Assembly: GCA_964536335.1 (NCBI GenBank)
Contig: CAZHWD010000178.1
Coordinates: 7,945-71,944, forward strand
Reading direction: 5' to 3'
DNA: 64,000 nt
From: an uncultured Eudoraea sp.
Lineage (GTDB): Bacteria > Bacteroidota > Bacteroidia > Flavobacteriales > Flavobacteriaceae
Shown here piece by piece: positions 27,359 through 38,822 of this stretch (the first letter of the stretch is position 1; every line of letters begins with the position of its first letter). The notes beneath the pieces are model-generated. The model ran no database searches. It was not told the origin of the DNA and saw only the letters and a program-made list of their open reading frames with translations. The position numbers and the translations under genes were made by a program.

Positions 27359-28891
27359 ATGCAAAACAACGTCCTTATTTTAGATTTTGGTTCCCAGTAT
27401 ACACAACTCATTGCCAGACGGGTTAGGGAACTGAATATTTTCTGCGAAATTAAGCCTTACAACAATCCTCCGGAAGACTTGTCGGACTTTAAAGCTGTAA
27501 TCCTTTCCGGTTCTCCCTTCTCCGTTAGGGCAGATGATGCCCCTCACCCGGATTTATCTGAGATAAAGGGCAAGAAACCCTTGCTGGCCATTTGTTATGG
27601 GGCACAATACCTGGCTCATTTTCATGGAGGAAATGTTGCGCCATCCAATACCCGTGAATACGGCCGGGCAAGGCTTACATCAATTGATGGTGATGAACCG
27701 TTTTTTTACGAAATCAGAGAAGGTTCTCAGGTCTGGATGAGCCATAGTGATACCATTAAACAACTACCAGAAAATGCTTTAAAGCTAGCCAGTACAAATG
27801 ATGTCCAATACGCTGCCTATAAAATAGAAGGGGAATTAACCTATGGCATTCAATTTCATCCGGAAGTTTATCATACCAAACAGGGGAAACTGCTTTTGGA
27901 AAACTTTTTAATCCATATTGCAGGTTTGCAGCCAACCTGGACCCCGGATGCATTTGTAGAAACTACAGTCGCGGAGTTAAAGAATAAAATAGGTAGTGAT
28001 AAAGTTATCCTGGGACTTTCAGGAGGGGTAGATTCTACAGTTGCAGCCGTTTTGTTACATAAGGCAATTGGCAAACATCTTCATTGTATTTTTGTTGATA
28101 ACGGATTGCTTAGGAAAAATGAATTTCAGGAAGTGCTGGATCAATATGAACATATGGGCCTTAATGTGAAAGGGGTTGATGCTTCGGCACGTTTTTTGAA
28201 CGCTCTAGCTGGAGAAGATGATCCGGAAAAGAAAAGAAAAATTATTGGAGGCGTTTTCATAAATGTTTTTGATGATGAATCGCACAAAGTTGAAGATGCC
28301 AAATGGCTTGCCCAGGGAACCATTTATCCCGATGTGATTGAGTCAGTATCTGCAACAGGAGGACCTTCAGCCACCATTAAGAGTCATCATAATGTAGGAG
28401 GATTGCCCGACTTTATGAAACTTAAAGTGGTTGAACCCCTTAAAATGTTGTTTAAAGATGAAGTGAGAAGGGTAGGGGCCACTCTTGGAATAGAAGATGA
28501 ACGTTTAGGACGTCATCCGTTTCCAGGGCCTGGTTTAGCCATACGTATTTTGGGAGATGTAACAGTAGAAAAGGTTAATATTTTGCAGGAGGTAGACGCT
28601 ATTTTTATTAATGGTTTAAAGGAATGGGGACTTTATAATGAAGTTTGGCAGGCCGGAGCCATGCTTTTACCCGTAAATAGTGTAGGGGTCATGGGAGATG
28701 AACGAACTTATGAAAAATGTGTAGCTTTGCGGGCAGTCGAAAGCACAGATGGTATGACGGCAGATTGGGTTAATTTACCATACGAATTTTTGCAAAAGAC
28801 CTCCAATGAAATAATAAATAAAGTTCCGGGAGTAAATAGAGTGGTTTATGATATCTCTTCAAAGCCCCCGGCAACCATAGAATGGGAATAA
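27359..28891 (+). CDS. guaA: GMP synthase (glutamine-hydrolyzing)
   Basis: [47 protein letters not shown]. Confidence 0.98.
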   Translation: MQNNVLILDFGSQYTQLIARRVRELNIFCEIKPYNNPPEDLSDFKAVILSGSPFSVRADDAPHPDLSEIKGKKPLLAICYGAQYLAHFHGGNVAPSNTREYGRARLTSIDGDEPFFYEIREGSQVWMSHSDTIKQLPENALKLASTNDVQYAAYKIEGELTYGIQFHPEVYHTKQGKLLLENFLIHIAGLQPTWTPDAFVETTVAELKNKIGSDKVILGLSGGVDSTVAAVLLHKAIGKHLHCIFVDNGLLRKNEFQEVLDQYEHMGLNVKGVDASARFLNALAGEDDPEKKRKIIGGVFINVFDDESHKVEDAKWLAQGTIYPDVIESVSATGGPSATIKSHHNVGGLPDFMKLKVVEPLKMLFKDEVRRVGATLGIEDERLGRHPFPGPGLAIRILGDVTVEKVNILQEVDAIFINGLKEWGLYNEVWQAGAMLLPVNSVGVMGDERTYEKCVALRAVESTDGMTADWVNLPYEFLQKTSNEIINKVPGVNRVVYDISSKPPATIEWE

Positions 28892-28902
28892 AACCTACGA
28901 GC

Positions 28903-31053
28903 ATGTCAATAAGATTTTTAATTACAACGGCTGCAATTATACTTTTTTCATGTCATGCCATGGCACAACAGTTTAGCTCTCACGCGGTAACGGTTGGAGA
29001 AACCGTTTACAGTATTGCAAGGCAATACAAGGTAAATCCTGCTGATATCCTCAAGTACAACAAAGAAATTGCAGAGGGCGACGTTCTTAAGCCAAATACA
29101 ATACTTGTTATCCCTTTGGGAGCAAAAGTGTTAAGCGCAATGGATTCAATTGCGTTACAAAAAAAACTGGCAGAAGAAATTCAGGAAACACCGGTTGAGT
29201 TTATTTCGCATAAAGTGAAGAAAAGGGAAACTATTTTTGGCATATCACAGCGATACAATGTATCTGAAGAGGATATTAAACGCTATAATACCCAGTTGTA
29301 TGCAAAACAATTGAAAAAGGGAATGCGTTTAAAAATCCCTAAATACCTAAAAGTTGAAGTTGAAAATGACAGTATTAACCTGGATGATTTTGAAACTTAT
29401 ACGGTATTGCCAAAAGAAACGAGATGGAGTATTGCCAATAAATATGGAATTACCATAGATAGCCTTCTTACCTTAAATCCTGAATTATCTGTTACTACTA
29501 GTTACCTGGCAGAGGGCCAACAGTTAAAACTTCCTAAAATAGCCGGCAGCAGTATTGAGGACCAAAACGTTCAATTGTACATCTCTTATACGGTTCCACC
29601 TAAAAAAACCTTGTATAGCCTTTCACAGGAATATGAAATAAGTTCACAGGATATTGTTAGGTTAAATCCTGAAATCGGGGAGCGTGGCGGTTTAAAAGAA
29701 GGCATGGTAATACGTTTGCCTGAAATTAAAATTGCTGATAATGAGATTAATACAGATAATTATATTTTTTATGAAGTTAAACCCAAACAAACAATATACT
29801 CCTTAACAAGGAATTTGGGGTTTGATTATAATGAATTACTGGAACTTAATCCGGATCTTTCCAAAGGACTAAAGGCCGGAATGGTTTTAAAACTCCCTAA
29901 AGAGCAAAGAGGAAACTTAGAAGTGAAAAATTCTTTGATTCTTGATAAAATAAACCTTTTAGATAGTATTAATACCATTAATAAACCTAAACTAATTTAC
30001 TTACTTCCTTTTCGTACAGATAAAGTAGACCTTAGTGACATTGATAACGCTACAGACGCAATTGCACGAAGTAATGCGATAAGTTATAGTCTTGGGTTAT
30101 ACAGTGGTGCCCTGGTTGCTCTGGATTCTATTTCAGAACTTGGAATTTCTGTTGATGTAAAAACATTTGATACCCAATTAAGACCTGATAAAACAAGACA
30201 AATACTTCAGGGAGAAGACCTGGAAGGAGTAAGTGCCATTGTTGGGCCATTACAATTAAATTCCTTAAAAGAAGTAGCGATTAAGGCTGCAAATGCTAAG
30301 GTGCCTGTAATTGCACCGCTGGCGTCTGATAGTGATTTTGTACTTGAAAATGTATTCTTTTCTATTCCGTCTGATCAGATATTACGCGAACGTATGCTTG
30401 GTTTTGTTAAAGATTCTATAACGGATGAGAATATTATTGTGATTACCGATGCAAAGAATAAGCTGGTTAGTGAACAGATAAAAGAAAAGTTTCCTTTGGC
30501 CAAATCTGTTGATCTTCAGGAAGATGAAGAAAATATTTCTTTAGATTTGGAGGTATTTGCCAGTCTTCTGTCTCTTGAAGCCGAGAACTGGGTATTTGTA
30601 GAGACTGATAATTTTAAAGTGGTTTCCAGCGTAAGTTCCATTCTTAATTCGTCTAATTCGGATACCACCAAAGTGCGGATGTTTACTACAAATAAGAATA
30701 AGGCATTCGAAAATGATGTAATCTCAGGGGCGCATTTGTCTAACCTGAATTTTACTTATCCCTCTGTATATAAAGAAACAAATAATAATGCTTTTGTGAG
30801 AAGATACAGAAGGCGTTTTGGAGCAGATCCCGACCGGTATGCAGTGCGAGGTTTTGATCTTACCTTTGACCTTCTTTTAAAATTAGCCTATAAACTCAAT
30901 TTGTTTGAGGCCTCAAATATCATTGGTATTACAGAGTATTGTGGGAATAAATTTGATTATGACAATGAACTTACTTCCGGATATTACAATACCGCCTCTT
31001 ACATAATGATGTACCAGGATATGCGAATAACCCAGGTTAATCCCGAACCATGA
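28903..31053 (+). CDS. Multi-LysM peptidoglycan-binding protein with C-terminal periplasmic-binding-protein-like domain
   Basis: Five LysM-like units (for example HAVTVGETVYSIARQY, HKVKKRETIFGISQRY); signal peptide. Confidence 0.88.
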   Translation: MSIRFLITTAAIILFSCHAMAQQFSSHAVTVGETVYSIARQYKVNPADILKYNKEIAEGDVLKPNTILVIPLGAKVLSAMDSIALQKKLAEEIQETPVEFISHKVKKRETIFGISQRYNVSEEDIKRYNTQLYAKQLKKGMRLKIPKYLKVEVENDSINLDDFETYTVLPKETRWSIANKYGITIDSLLTLNPELSVTTSYLAEGQQLKLPKIAGSSIEDQNVQLYISYTVPPKKTLYSLSQEYEISSQDIVRLNPEIGERGGLKEGMVIRLPEIKIADNEINTDNYIFYEVKPKQTIYSLTRNLGFDYNELLELNPDLSKGLKAGMVLKLPKEQRGNLEVKNSLILDKINLLDSINTINKPKLIYLLPFRTDKVDLSDIDNATDAIARSNAISYSLGLYSGALVALDSISELGISVDVKTFDTQLRPDKTRQILQGEDLEGVSAIVGPLQLNSLKEVAIKAANAKVPVIAPLASDSDFVLENVFFSIPSDQILRERMLGFVKDSITDENIIVITDAKNKLVSEQIKEKFPLAKSVDLQEDEENISLDLEVFASLLSLEAENWVFVETDNFKVVSSVSSILNSSNSDTTKVRMFTTNKNKAFENDVISGAHLSNLNFTYPSVYKETNNNAFVRRYRRRFGADPDRYAVRGFDLTFDLLLKLAYKLNLFEASNIIGITEYCGNKFDYDNELTSGYYNTASYIMMYQDMRITQVNPEP

Positions 31054-31454
31054 CCTCAAAAGTTACTTATACAGGAGAATTGCGGACCAGATGTGTTCAT
31101 CTGTACTCAGGGAATGAAATCATAACAGATGCACCCGTAGATAATAACGGCCTTGGACAAGCCTTTTCGCCAACAGATACGGTCGCTACAGCTTTGGCCA
31201 GTTGCATGCTTACGATGATGGGTATTAAGGCCAGGGATATGGAGGTTGATCTCACTAATTCTGTCGCAGAGGTCACCAAACATATGTCGGCCAACCCTAG
31301 AAAGATATCTCAGATTGATATTGAACTGCACCTGCCTGCCATAATTATTGAAAAGCAAAAAAAAATTCTGGAGCATACTGCGCGAACTTGCCCGGTACTA
31401 TTAAGTCTTCATGCAGATATTAATAAAGAAATTATATTTCATTGGGATCTCTAA
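31050..31454 (+). CDS. OsmC family protein
   Basis: TDAPVDNNG...FSPTD...ALASC and TCPV cysteine pair. Confidence 0.88.
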   Translation: MTSKVTYTGELRTRCVHLYSGNEIITDAPVDNNGLGQAFSPTDTVATALASCMLTMMGIKARDMEVDLTNSVAEVTKHMSANPRKISQIDIELHLPAIIIEKQKKILEHTARTCPVLLSLHADINKEIIFHWDL

Positions 31455-31972
31455 GATTCATATTCAGCCAGATTTTAGTGCTCTGCTTCCTAATTTCTTT
31501 CTACCAGGAAGAAGAAGCCATTCTTTGGCACCCAGAACAAAGGTTGAGCTGGGCCAATTTCAAAGCTGAACCAATAGAGGGTTCAAAGGTAGCTGCCACT
31601 ACGGCAAGTGGGTTGAGCTATCAATTTTCTACAACTGAAGCAAACGGAAAATATGAATTGGATTATACGGTGAGTACTTTTTTTTATCCGGAAAGATCAT
31701 GGTATCACCCAAAACAATGTGATGAGGTAATACTAAGTCACGAACAGCTGCATTTTGACATCTCTGAATTGTTCGCTAGAAAAATGCGCAAAGTTATGAA
31801 TGCAACCACATTTACAAAAGATGTGAAGGCGGAGGTAAAAGCTATTTATCGCAAAATAAATAAAGAGCTTGCAGAATTTCAGCAGGTTTATGACATTGAG
31901 ACCAACTACTCCCGAAATATTGAGCAACAGATATTTTGGAATAAGAAAATAAAAAATGCCCTTGGAAATTAA
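31442..31972 (+). CDS. DUF922-like putative Zn-dependent protease
   Basis: LSWANF and HEQLHFDISE (HExxH); start codon uncertain. Confidence 0.7.
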   Translation: MGSLRFIFSQILVLCFLISFYQEEEAILWHPEQRLSWANFKAEPIEGSKVAATTASGLSYQFSTTEANGKYELDYTVSTFFYPERSWYHPKQCDEVILSHEQLHFDISELFARKMRKVMNATTFTKDVKAEVKAIYRKINKELAEFQQVYDIETNYSRNIEQQIFWNKKIKNALGN

Positions 31973-31998
31973 GAAGTAAGTATCATATTCTCTTTGGG

Positions 31999-32865
31999 CT
32001 AAATATCACAAATGGTCACCCCTTGCTTTAAAGCGGCAATTTTGTCTTCCCACGAAGGAATAAATTCCTGAGCAACATGGCCCTTAAATCCGGTTTCTAA
32101 AATAGCCTTCATTATAGCTGGATAATACAATTCCTGAGTCTCATCAATTTCATGTCTACCTGGATTACCACCGGTATGATAGTGTCCGAAATACTCATGA
32201 TATTCCCTGATTGTACGAATTACATCCCCCTCCATTATCTGCATATGGTAAATATCATACAATAATTTGAAATTCTCTGAACCTATTTCTTTGCACAAAG
32301 CCACCCCCCATTCAGAATGATCGCACATATAATCTTTGTGGTCTACTTTGGAGTTCAAAAGTTCCATCTGAATAACCACGCCGTGTTTCTCTGCAACAGA
32401 CATAATTTGTTTTAATCCATCTGTGCAATTTTTGAGTCCGTCTTCATCATTCATGCCATTGCGATTTCCACTAAAACAAATCAGATTGGTGTAGCCAGAT
32501 TCTGCCACCTTTGGAATCATTTGTATATAATCTTTTATCAGTTCTTCGTGCAGTTTAGGATCATTCCAACCTTTTTCAATGCCAAAACCTGCACCCCAAC
32601 ACATAGATGCATGAATGCCGTACTTTTTCATCAAAGGCCAATCTTCGGGGCCTGTTAAATCCATTGAATTAATACCTAATTCATTGAGGTTTTTGAGAAA
32701 ATCCTCCATTGGAATCTTGCTATAACACCAACGACATACACTGTGATTAATATTGCCTTTTAAATCGTTGGTAGTAAATGATTTTCCTTCCATAGCAATG
32801 CCTGCCGTAGAAACTATGCCAACAGAGGCGGCCACAGAAGAGCCGATAAATGTTCTTCGTTTCAT
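31999..32865 (-). CDS. Hydroxypyruvate isomerase family TIM-barrel protein with Tat signal
   Basis: MKRRTF twin-arginine signal; ELLNSKVDH, LLYDIYHMQ, PGRHE. Confidence 0.88.
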   Translation of the reverse strand: MKRRTFIGSSVAASVGIVSTAGIAMEGKSFTTNDLKGNINHSVCRWCYSKIPMEDFLKNLNELGINSMDLTGPEDWPLMKKYGIHASMCWGAGFGIEKGWNDPKLHEELIKDYIQMIPKVAESGYTNLICFSGNRNGMNDEDGLKNCTDGLKQIMSVAEKHGVVIQMELLNSKVDHKDYMCDHSEWGVALCKEIGSENFKLLYDIYHMQIMEGDVIRTIREYHEYFGHYHTGGNPGRHEIDETQELYYPAIMKAILETGFKGHVAQEFIPSWEDKIAALKQGVTICDI

Positions 32866-32912
32866 TTTATATCGTTTATAGTATCTTAAAGATAATTTAT
32901 TTAGATTTAATA

Positions 32913-33155
32913 ATGGAACTACTTCCCAATAGGAAAAAGTTTATTGAACTCGCTCATTATAAAATGCCTTACGGCAAGTATAAAGAGCGGTACCTGCTTG
33001 ATTTACCCGAGGCTTATTTAATTTGGTTTCAAAGAAATGGTTTTCCTAAAGGAAAGCTTGGGGAACATATGAAGGCCATTCTTGAGGTTAAAATGATTGG
33101 TTTGGAGGGACTGATTAGAAAAATTAGGGAAGAATTTCCTGTGGATACCCAATAA
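32913..33155 (+). CDS. DUF3820 family protein
   Basis: KMPYGKYK...LDLPEAYLIWF..GFPKGKLG. Confidence 0.85.
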   Translation: MELLPNRKKFIELAHYKMPYGKYKERYLLDLPEAYLIWFQRNGFPKGKLGEHMKAILEVKMIGLEGLIRKIREEFPVDTQ

Positions 33156-33172
33156 CTTATAGTTGCATTTTG

Positions 33173-33180
33173 TACCTTTG
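33173..33180 (+). promoter_or_regulatory. Bacteroidota -7 promoter element for pyrG
   Basis: TACCTTTG 24 nt before the ATG. Confidence 0.55.
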
Positions 33181-33195
33181 AACCCCGTAACATAG

Positions 33196-34842
<1,647 letters not shown>

Positions 34843-34858
34843 ACTCCACAATTGGATA

Positions 34859-34866
34859 TATATTTG
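34859..34866 (+). promoter_or_regulatory. Bacteroidota -7 promoter element for yidC
   Basis: TATATTTG in the pyrG-yidC spacer. Confidence 0.5.
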
Positions 34867-34938
34867 CAAACCATTTGGGACAATCTGTTCATAGGCACCA
34901 GCTAAATTAATTACGGATTGGAATTTAAATTAAGTTAA

Positions 34939-36789
34939 ATGGAAGAAAAGAAACTCGACATAAATTCTATCATCGGCTTTGCATTGATATTTGGGATTCT
35001 TATTTTTTGGTTTTACCAAAATCAACCTACACCAGAGGAATTGGAAGCTCAAAAAGCCGAACGGGCTAAAGTCGAGTCTCAGGTAATAGAGGAGGAACCA
35101 ACAATTCCTCAAGCTGTACTGCAAGAAACAAAAATTGATTTAAAGGACTCTGTTGCGATTGCCGATTATAAAAACGCCATAGGTGGTTTTGGATATACTT
35201 CAGCTAAGGAAGGTACTACCATTCTTGAAAATGAAGTCCTTTTTTTGAAAGTAAGTAATAAAGGAGGGCAAATAATTGAGGCCAGGATGAAGAATTTTGT
35301 CACCTTCGATTCAATACCTATTTATTTGGTACAAGACGGAAACGCTTCATTTGGGATTAATTTTTCAACCAGGGATAATCGGGTACTGGATTCCAAAGAT
35401 TTGTTTTTTGAACCATCCATATCGCAAAAAGGAGACAATCAGGTGCTTTCAATGAAGGCAAAGGTTGCCTTGGATCAGTTCCTGGAATTTCGCTATGAAA
35501 TGAAACCCAATGAATACCTATTGGATTATACGGTTCGTTCTCAAGGTTTAAGTGGAGTAATAAATGATGCCCAGCCAATAAACCTTAATTGGAAATTCAG
35601 GGGCATAAGACATAACAAAAGCATTCAATATGAAAATAGGTACACCAGACTTACCTATAAACATGATGAAGAAAAAGTAAGCAAACTATCTGAGAGCAGT
35701 GATGACGAGGAAATTGAGAATGGGGTTACCTGGCTTTCCTACAGGCAACACTTTTTTAGTTCTATCCTGGCAACCAAGACACCTTTTGAGTCTGCAGCTT
35801 TAAGTTCTAAGAATTTGGTAGAGGAGGAGAGTAAAGAAGCTAAAACTACCAAAGAATTCGCTACGGTGGCACCTTTGAAAATGGAAGGTGGAGAACTTTC
35901 TTATAATATGAATTGGTATTACGGACCAACAGATATTAAAGTGCTATCTGAATATAAGGAACTGGGACTGGCAGACTCTATTCCATACGGCTGGGGAATA
36001 TTTGGTTGGATAAACAGATATGTGTTTACCCCATTTTATGGCTTTTTGAGTTCTTTTTTACCCTTCGGGATTGCCATTGTAGTAATGACTATTCTTGTTA
36101 GATTACTCATGTCTCCTGTTACATACAAGTCGTATTTATCTCAGGCCAAAATGAAGGTGCTAAAACCTGAAATTACAGAGCTGACTGAAAAGTACAAGGA
36201 TAATGCGATGAAGAAGCAGCAGGAAACCATGAAGCTCTATAATAAGGCGGGGGTGAGCCCTATGAGTGGTTGTATACCGGCCGTGTTACAATTGCCTATT
36301 TTCTATGCCTTGTTTATGTTCTTCCCAACATCTTTTGCGTTGCGCCAGAAAGCTTTTCTGTGGGCAGATGATTTATCTTCCTATGACACTATAGCCGAGT
36401 TACCTTTTACCATTCCTTTTTACGGAGATCATGTGAGTTTATTTCCAATATTGGCTTCAGTAGCTATTTTCTTTTATATGATGATGACCACAGGGCAGAA
36501 TATGCAAACACAACCGGGTATGCCAAATATGAAATTTATCATGTACCTGTCTCCCTTGATGATGCTTTTCTTCTTTAACAATTATGCAAGTGGATTGAGT
36601 TTGTATTATTTTGTTTCAAACCTTATTACCATCTTTATCATGTTAGCTATAAAGAAATTTATTTTGGATGAGGACAAAATACATGCTCAGATACAGGAGA
36701 ACAAAAAGAAACCGAAAAAGGAAAATAAGTTTCAGCGAAAAATGCGGGAGATGATGGAGCAGGCAGAGCAACAGAAAAAGAATAAGTAA
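34939..36789 (+). CDS. yidC: Membrane protein insertase YidC
   Basis: YYGP, GWG, SGCIP..LQLPIF, FLWADDLS, GLSLYY. Confidence 0.96.
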   Translation: MEEKKLDINSIIGFALIFGILIFWFYQNQPTPEELEAQKAERAKVESQVIEEEPTIPQAVLQETKIDLKDSVAIADYKNAIGGFGYTSAKEGTTILENEVLFLKVSNKGGQIIEARMKNFVTFDSIPIYLVQDGNASFGINFSTRDNRVLDSKDLFFEPSISQKGDNQVLSMKAKVALDQFLEFRYEMKPNEYLLDYTVRSQGLSGVINDAQPINLNWKFRGIRHNKSIQYENRYTRLTYKHDEEKVSKLSESSDDEEIENGVTWLSYRQHFFSSILATKTPFESAALSSKNLVEEESKEAKTTKEFATVAPLKMEGGELSYNMNWYYGPTDIKVLSEYKELGLADSIPYGWGIFGWINRYVFTPFYGFLSSFLPFGIAIVVMTILVRLLMSPVTYKSYLSQAKMKVLKPEITELTEKYKDNAMKKQQETMKLYNKAGVSPMSGCIPAVLQLPIFYALFMFFPTSFALRQKAFLWADDLSSYDTIAELPFTIPFYGDHVSLFPILASVAIFFYMMMTTGQNMQTQPGMPNMKFIMYLSPLMMLFFFNNYASGLSLYYFVSNLITIFIMLAIKKFILDEDKIHAQIQENKKKPKKENKFQRKMREMMEQAEQQKKNK

Positions 36790-36808
36790 TTAAACTTGTC
36801 ATAAAAGA

Positions 36809-36838
36809 AAAAGCCCTGACACTTGTGTCGGGGCTTCT
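36809..36838. terminator. Hairpin after yidC, terminator-like
   Basis: AAAAGCCCTGACAC-TT-GTGTCGGGGCTTCT. Confidence 0.65.
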
Positions 36839-36997
36839 AACTTTAAGTAGGTTTAGTTTGATAAGATTTGGGACTTCAAAGATGTATAATAGTTTCACTA
36901 AAAAAAAAGAATAGTTGTAAAGGTTCATTTTTTGTATGCTAACGCTTTCAATTTTGTTGTCTCCAAATTCTAAGCAGAATCCTTGTCTTTTTTCTTA

Positions 36998-37031
36998 CAA
37001 AAAAACTCCCCTGATTCTTCAGGGGAGTTTT
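36998..37031 (-). terminator. Rho-independent terminator of the fasciclin gene
   Basis: AAAAAAACTCCCCTGA-TTCT-TCAGGGGAGTTTT, possibly bidirectional. Confidence 0.8.
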
Positions 37032-37076
37032 AGCTACCAAATAATTGAATTAGTCGCTACTAAATCAATGCTGTAA

Positions 37077-38510
37077 TTAGTTTGTAGTATCAGGAAGAAG
37101 TACCGCATCAAGTACATGAATCACTCCATTACCCGCCTGTACGTCCACGGCTATTATGCCTTTACCTGTATTGCCTGCACCATCTGTAACATCAGCAATG
37201 TTTGGATCTGTACCCGGCAAGGTGATAATAATATCGTCTCCTTCCAGTGTTGTCGCAGGAGTATCCCCGTTTGGAGTAAGGTCACCAGAAGTGATATTTG
37301 CCTCACTGACTACATGGTGCAATAGGACTTGGGTTAATACAACTTCTTCCGGAATGGCATCCAGATCAGCAAATGCATCATTTGTGGGTGCAAAAACTGT
37401 AAATTCAGGATTTATTCCATCGGCATTACTGCCTTCCGTCCTGGATAAAATACTTACAAAATCAGTTCCCGGTGTTAATGTCGTTAGCGCATCAACCAAA
37501 GTGGTAAAATTTGGATCTGCAGCCGCAAAAGTTACAACTGTTGGAATATCAATCACGGTATCAACTGCATGAATAATTCCATTTGTCCCCACTACATCGG
37601 CGGTGGTCACAGAAGAAATTCCATTAAAAACAACCCCATCAGAAGTATTGTAATATAGACTTAATAGGTTCTCTCCGGGTCCGGTTGCGCTTGTATTTGT
37701 ATAGCCGGCACCTCCTGCCACCAAATCAGAAGAAGTAACCACACCTTCAAGTACGTGGTTAAGTAATATCTGAGAAAGTACAGCTGTATTCACACCGCCT
37801 ATATCTGCTCCGTCAAGGAAAGTGTCGAAAGCAGTGTTGTCTGGTGCTAAAACAGTAAAAGGCCCGTCACCACTTAATACATCAATTAAATTTCCTTCTG
37901 CAGCGCCTAAAGCAACAACCAAATTACTGAAATCCGGATTTGATGCTGTAAGATTCAAGATAGAGGGAATAGGAATTACCGCATCTACGATATGAATAAC
38001 CCCGTTGGAAGCATCGATATCCGGGCTTGTGACAGTGGCTACATTATTAAAACGCACCCCGTTAGATGTGTTGTAATAGATACTTATAAAATTATCATCA
38101 ACTCCGGAAGCATTTGTACTGGCATATCCGGCGCCTGCTGCAACTAAATCACTGGATGTAATATCAGCAGAAATAACATGGTTTAATAAAATTTGAGATA
38201 GCACATCAGTAGGGACTTCATCGAGGGAAGCAAAATTATTAGATGCTAAAAAGGCAGTAAAAGCTGCATTGGTAGGAGCTAAAACAGTAAATGGGCCGTC
38301 TGTGCCAAGCAAAGCTACCAAATCCCCGTCTGCAGCCGAAAGTGCAGAAACTAGAATACTAAGTTCTGGAGTTGCTAGGGCGATTTCAACAATGTTTTGT
38401 TCCGGCTCCATAACTACCGGATCACCATTATCATCATTAGAACATGAAAACGATATAACTAGTACAAGTGTTGCCAGTATCGTTTTAAAAAAATTTGGAT
38501 TTGATTTCAT
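37077..38510 (-). CDS. Fasciclin (FAS1) lipoprotein with three domains
   Basis: SFSC lipobox; three TV(L/F)AP.N.AF...HV...NG(V/I)IH.(V/L)D units. Confidence 0.92.
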   Translation of the reverse strand: MKSNPNFFKTILATLVLVISFSCSNDDNGDPVVMEPEQNIVEIALATPELSILVSALSAADGDLVALLGTDGPFTVLAPTNAAFTAFLASNNFASLDEVPTDVLSQILLNHVISADITSSDLVAAGAGYASTNASGVDDNFISIYYNTSNGVRFNNVATVTSPDIDASNGVIHIVDAVIPIPSILNLTASNPDFSNLVVALGAAEGNLIDVLSGDGPFTVLAPDNTAFDTFLDGADIGGVNTAVLSQILLNHVLEGVVTSSDLVAGGAGYTNTSATGPGENLLSLYYNTSDGVVFNGISSVTTADVVGTNGIIHAVDTVIDIPTVVTFAAADPNFTTLVDALTTLTPGTDFVSILSRTEGSNADGINPEFTVFAPTNDAFADLDAIPEEVVLTQVLLHHVVSEANITSGDLTPNGDTPATTLEGDDIIITLPGTDPNIADVTDGAGNTGKGIIAVDVQAGNGVIHVLDAVLLPDTTN

Positions 38511-38534
38511 TTTTCAGATTTAAGATTAATACTA

Positions 38535-38567
38535 TTGTTTAACAAAAATATAAATTAAGTTAAACAA
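38535..38567. promoter_or_regulatory. Operator-like inverted repeat overlapping the -7 element of the fasciclin gene
   Basis: TTGTTTAAC-N15-GTTAAACAA; minus-strand TATTTTTG at 38550-38543. Confidence 0.55.
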
Positions 38568-38763
38568 AAAATATATTTATAAAATGTTTAACATTCGAAC
38601 AATTGAAGTTTAAATGAAGTTGAATACGATTATATAAGCCTAATTTGAACAAATCAAATTAAAGATGTGGAAGTAATTAAATAGTTGCTTTTGTTTAAAA
38701 TAATAAAATAATAAATTAACATTATATATAATACATTTTGTATTGTGCTAAGTTTTGGAGCAT

Positions 38764-38791
38764 AAAAAAACTGCCGTGTAAACGGCAGTTT
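38764..38791 (-). terminator. Rho-independent terminator
   Basis: AAAAAAACTGCCGT-GTAA-ACGGCAGTTT downstream of the second fasciclin gene. Confidence 0.8.
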
Positions 38792-38822
38792 AAAATGATT
38801 AAATTTTCATCCTGGCAGAAGC

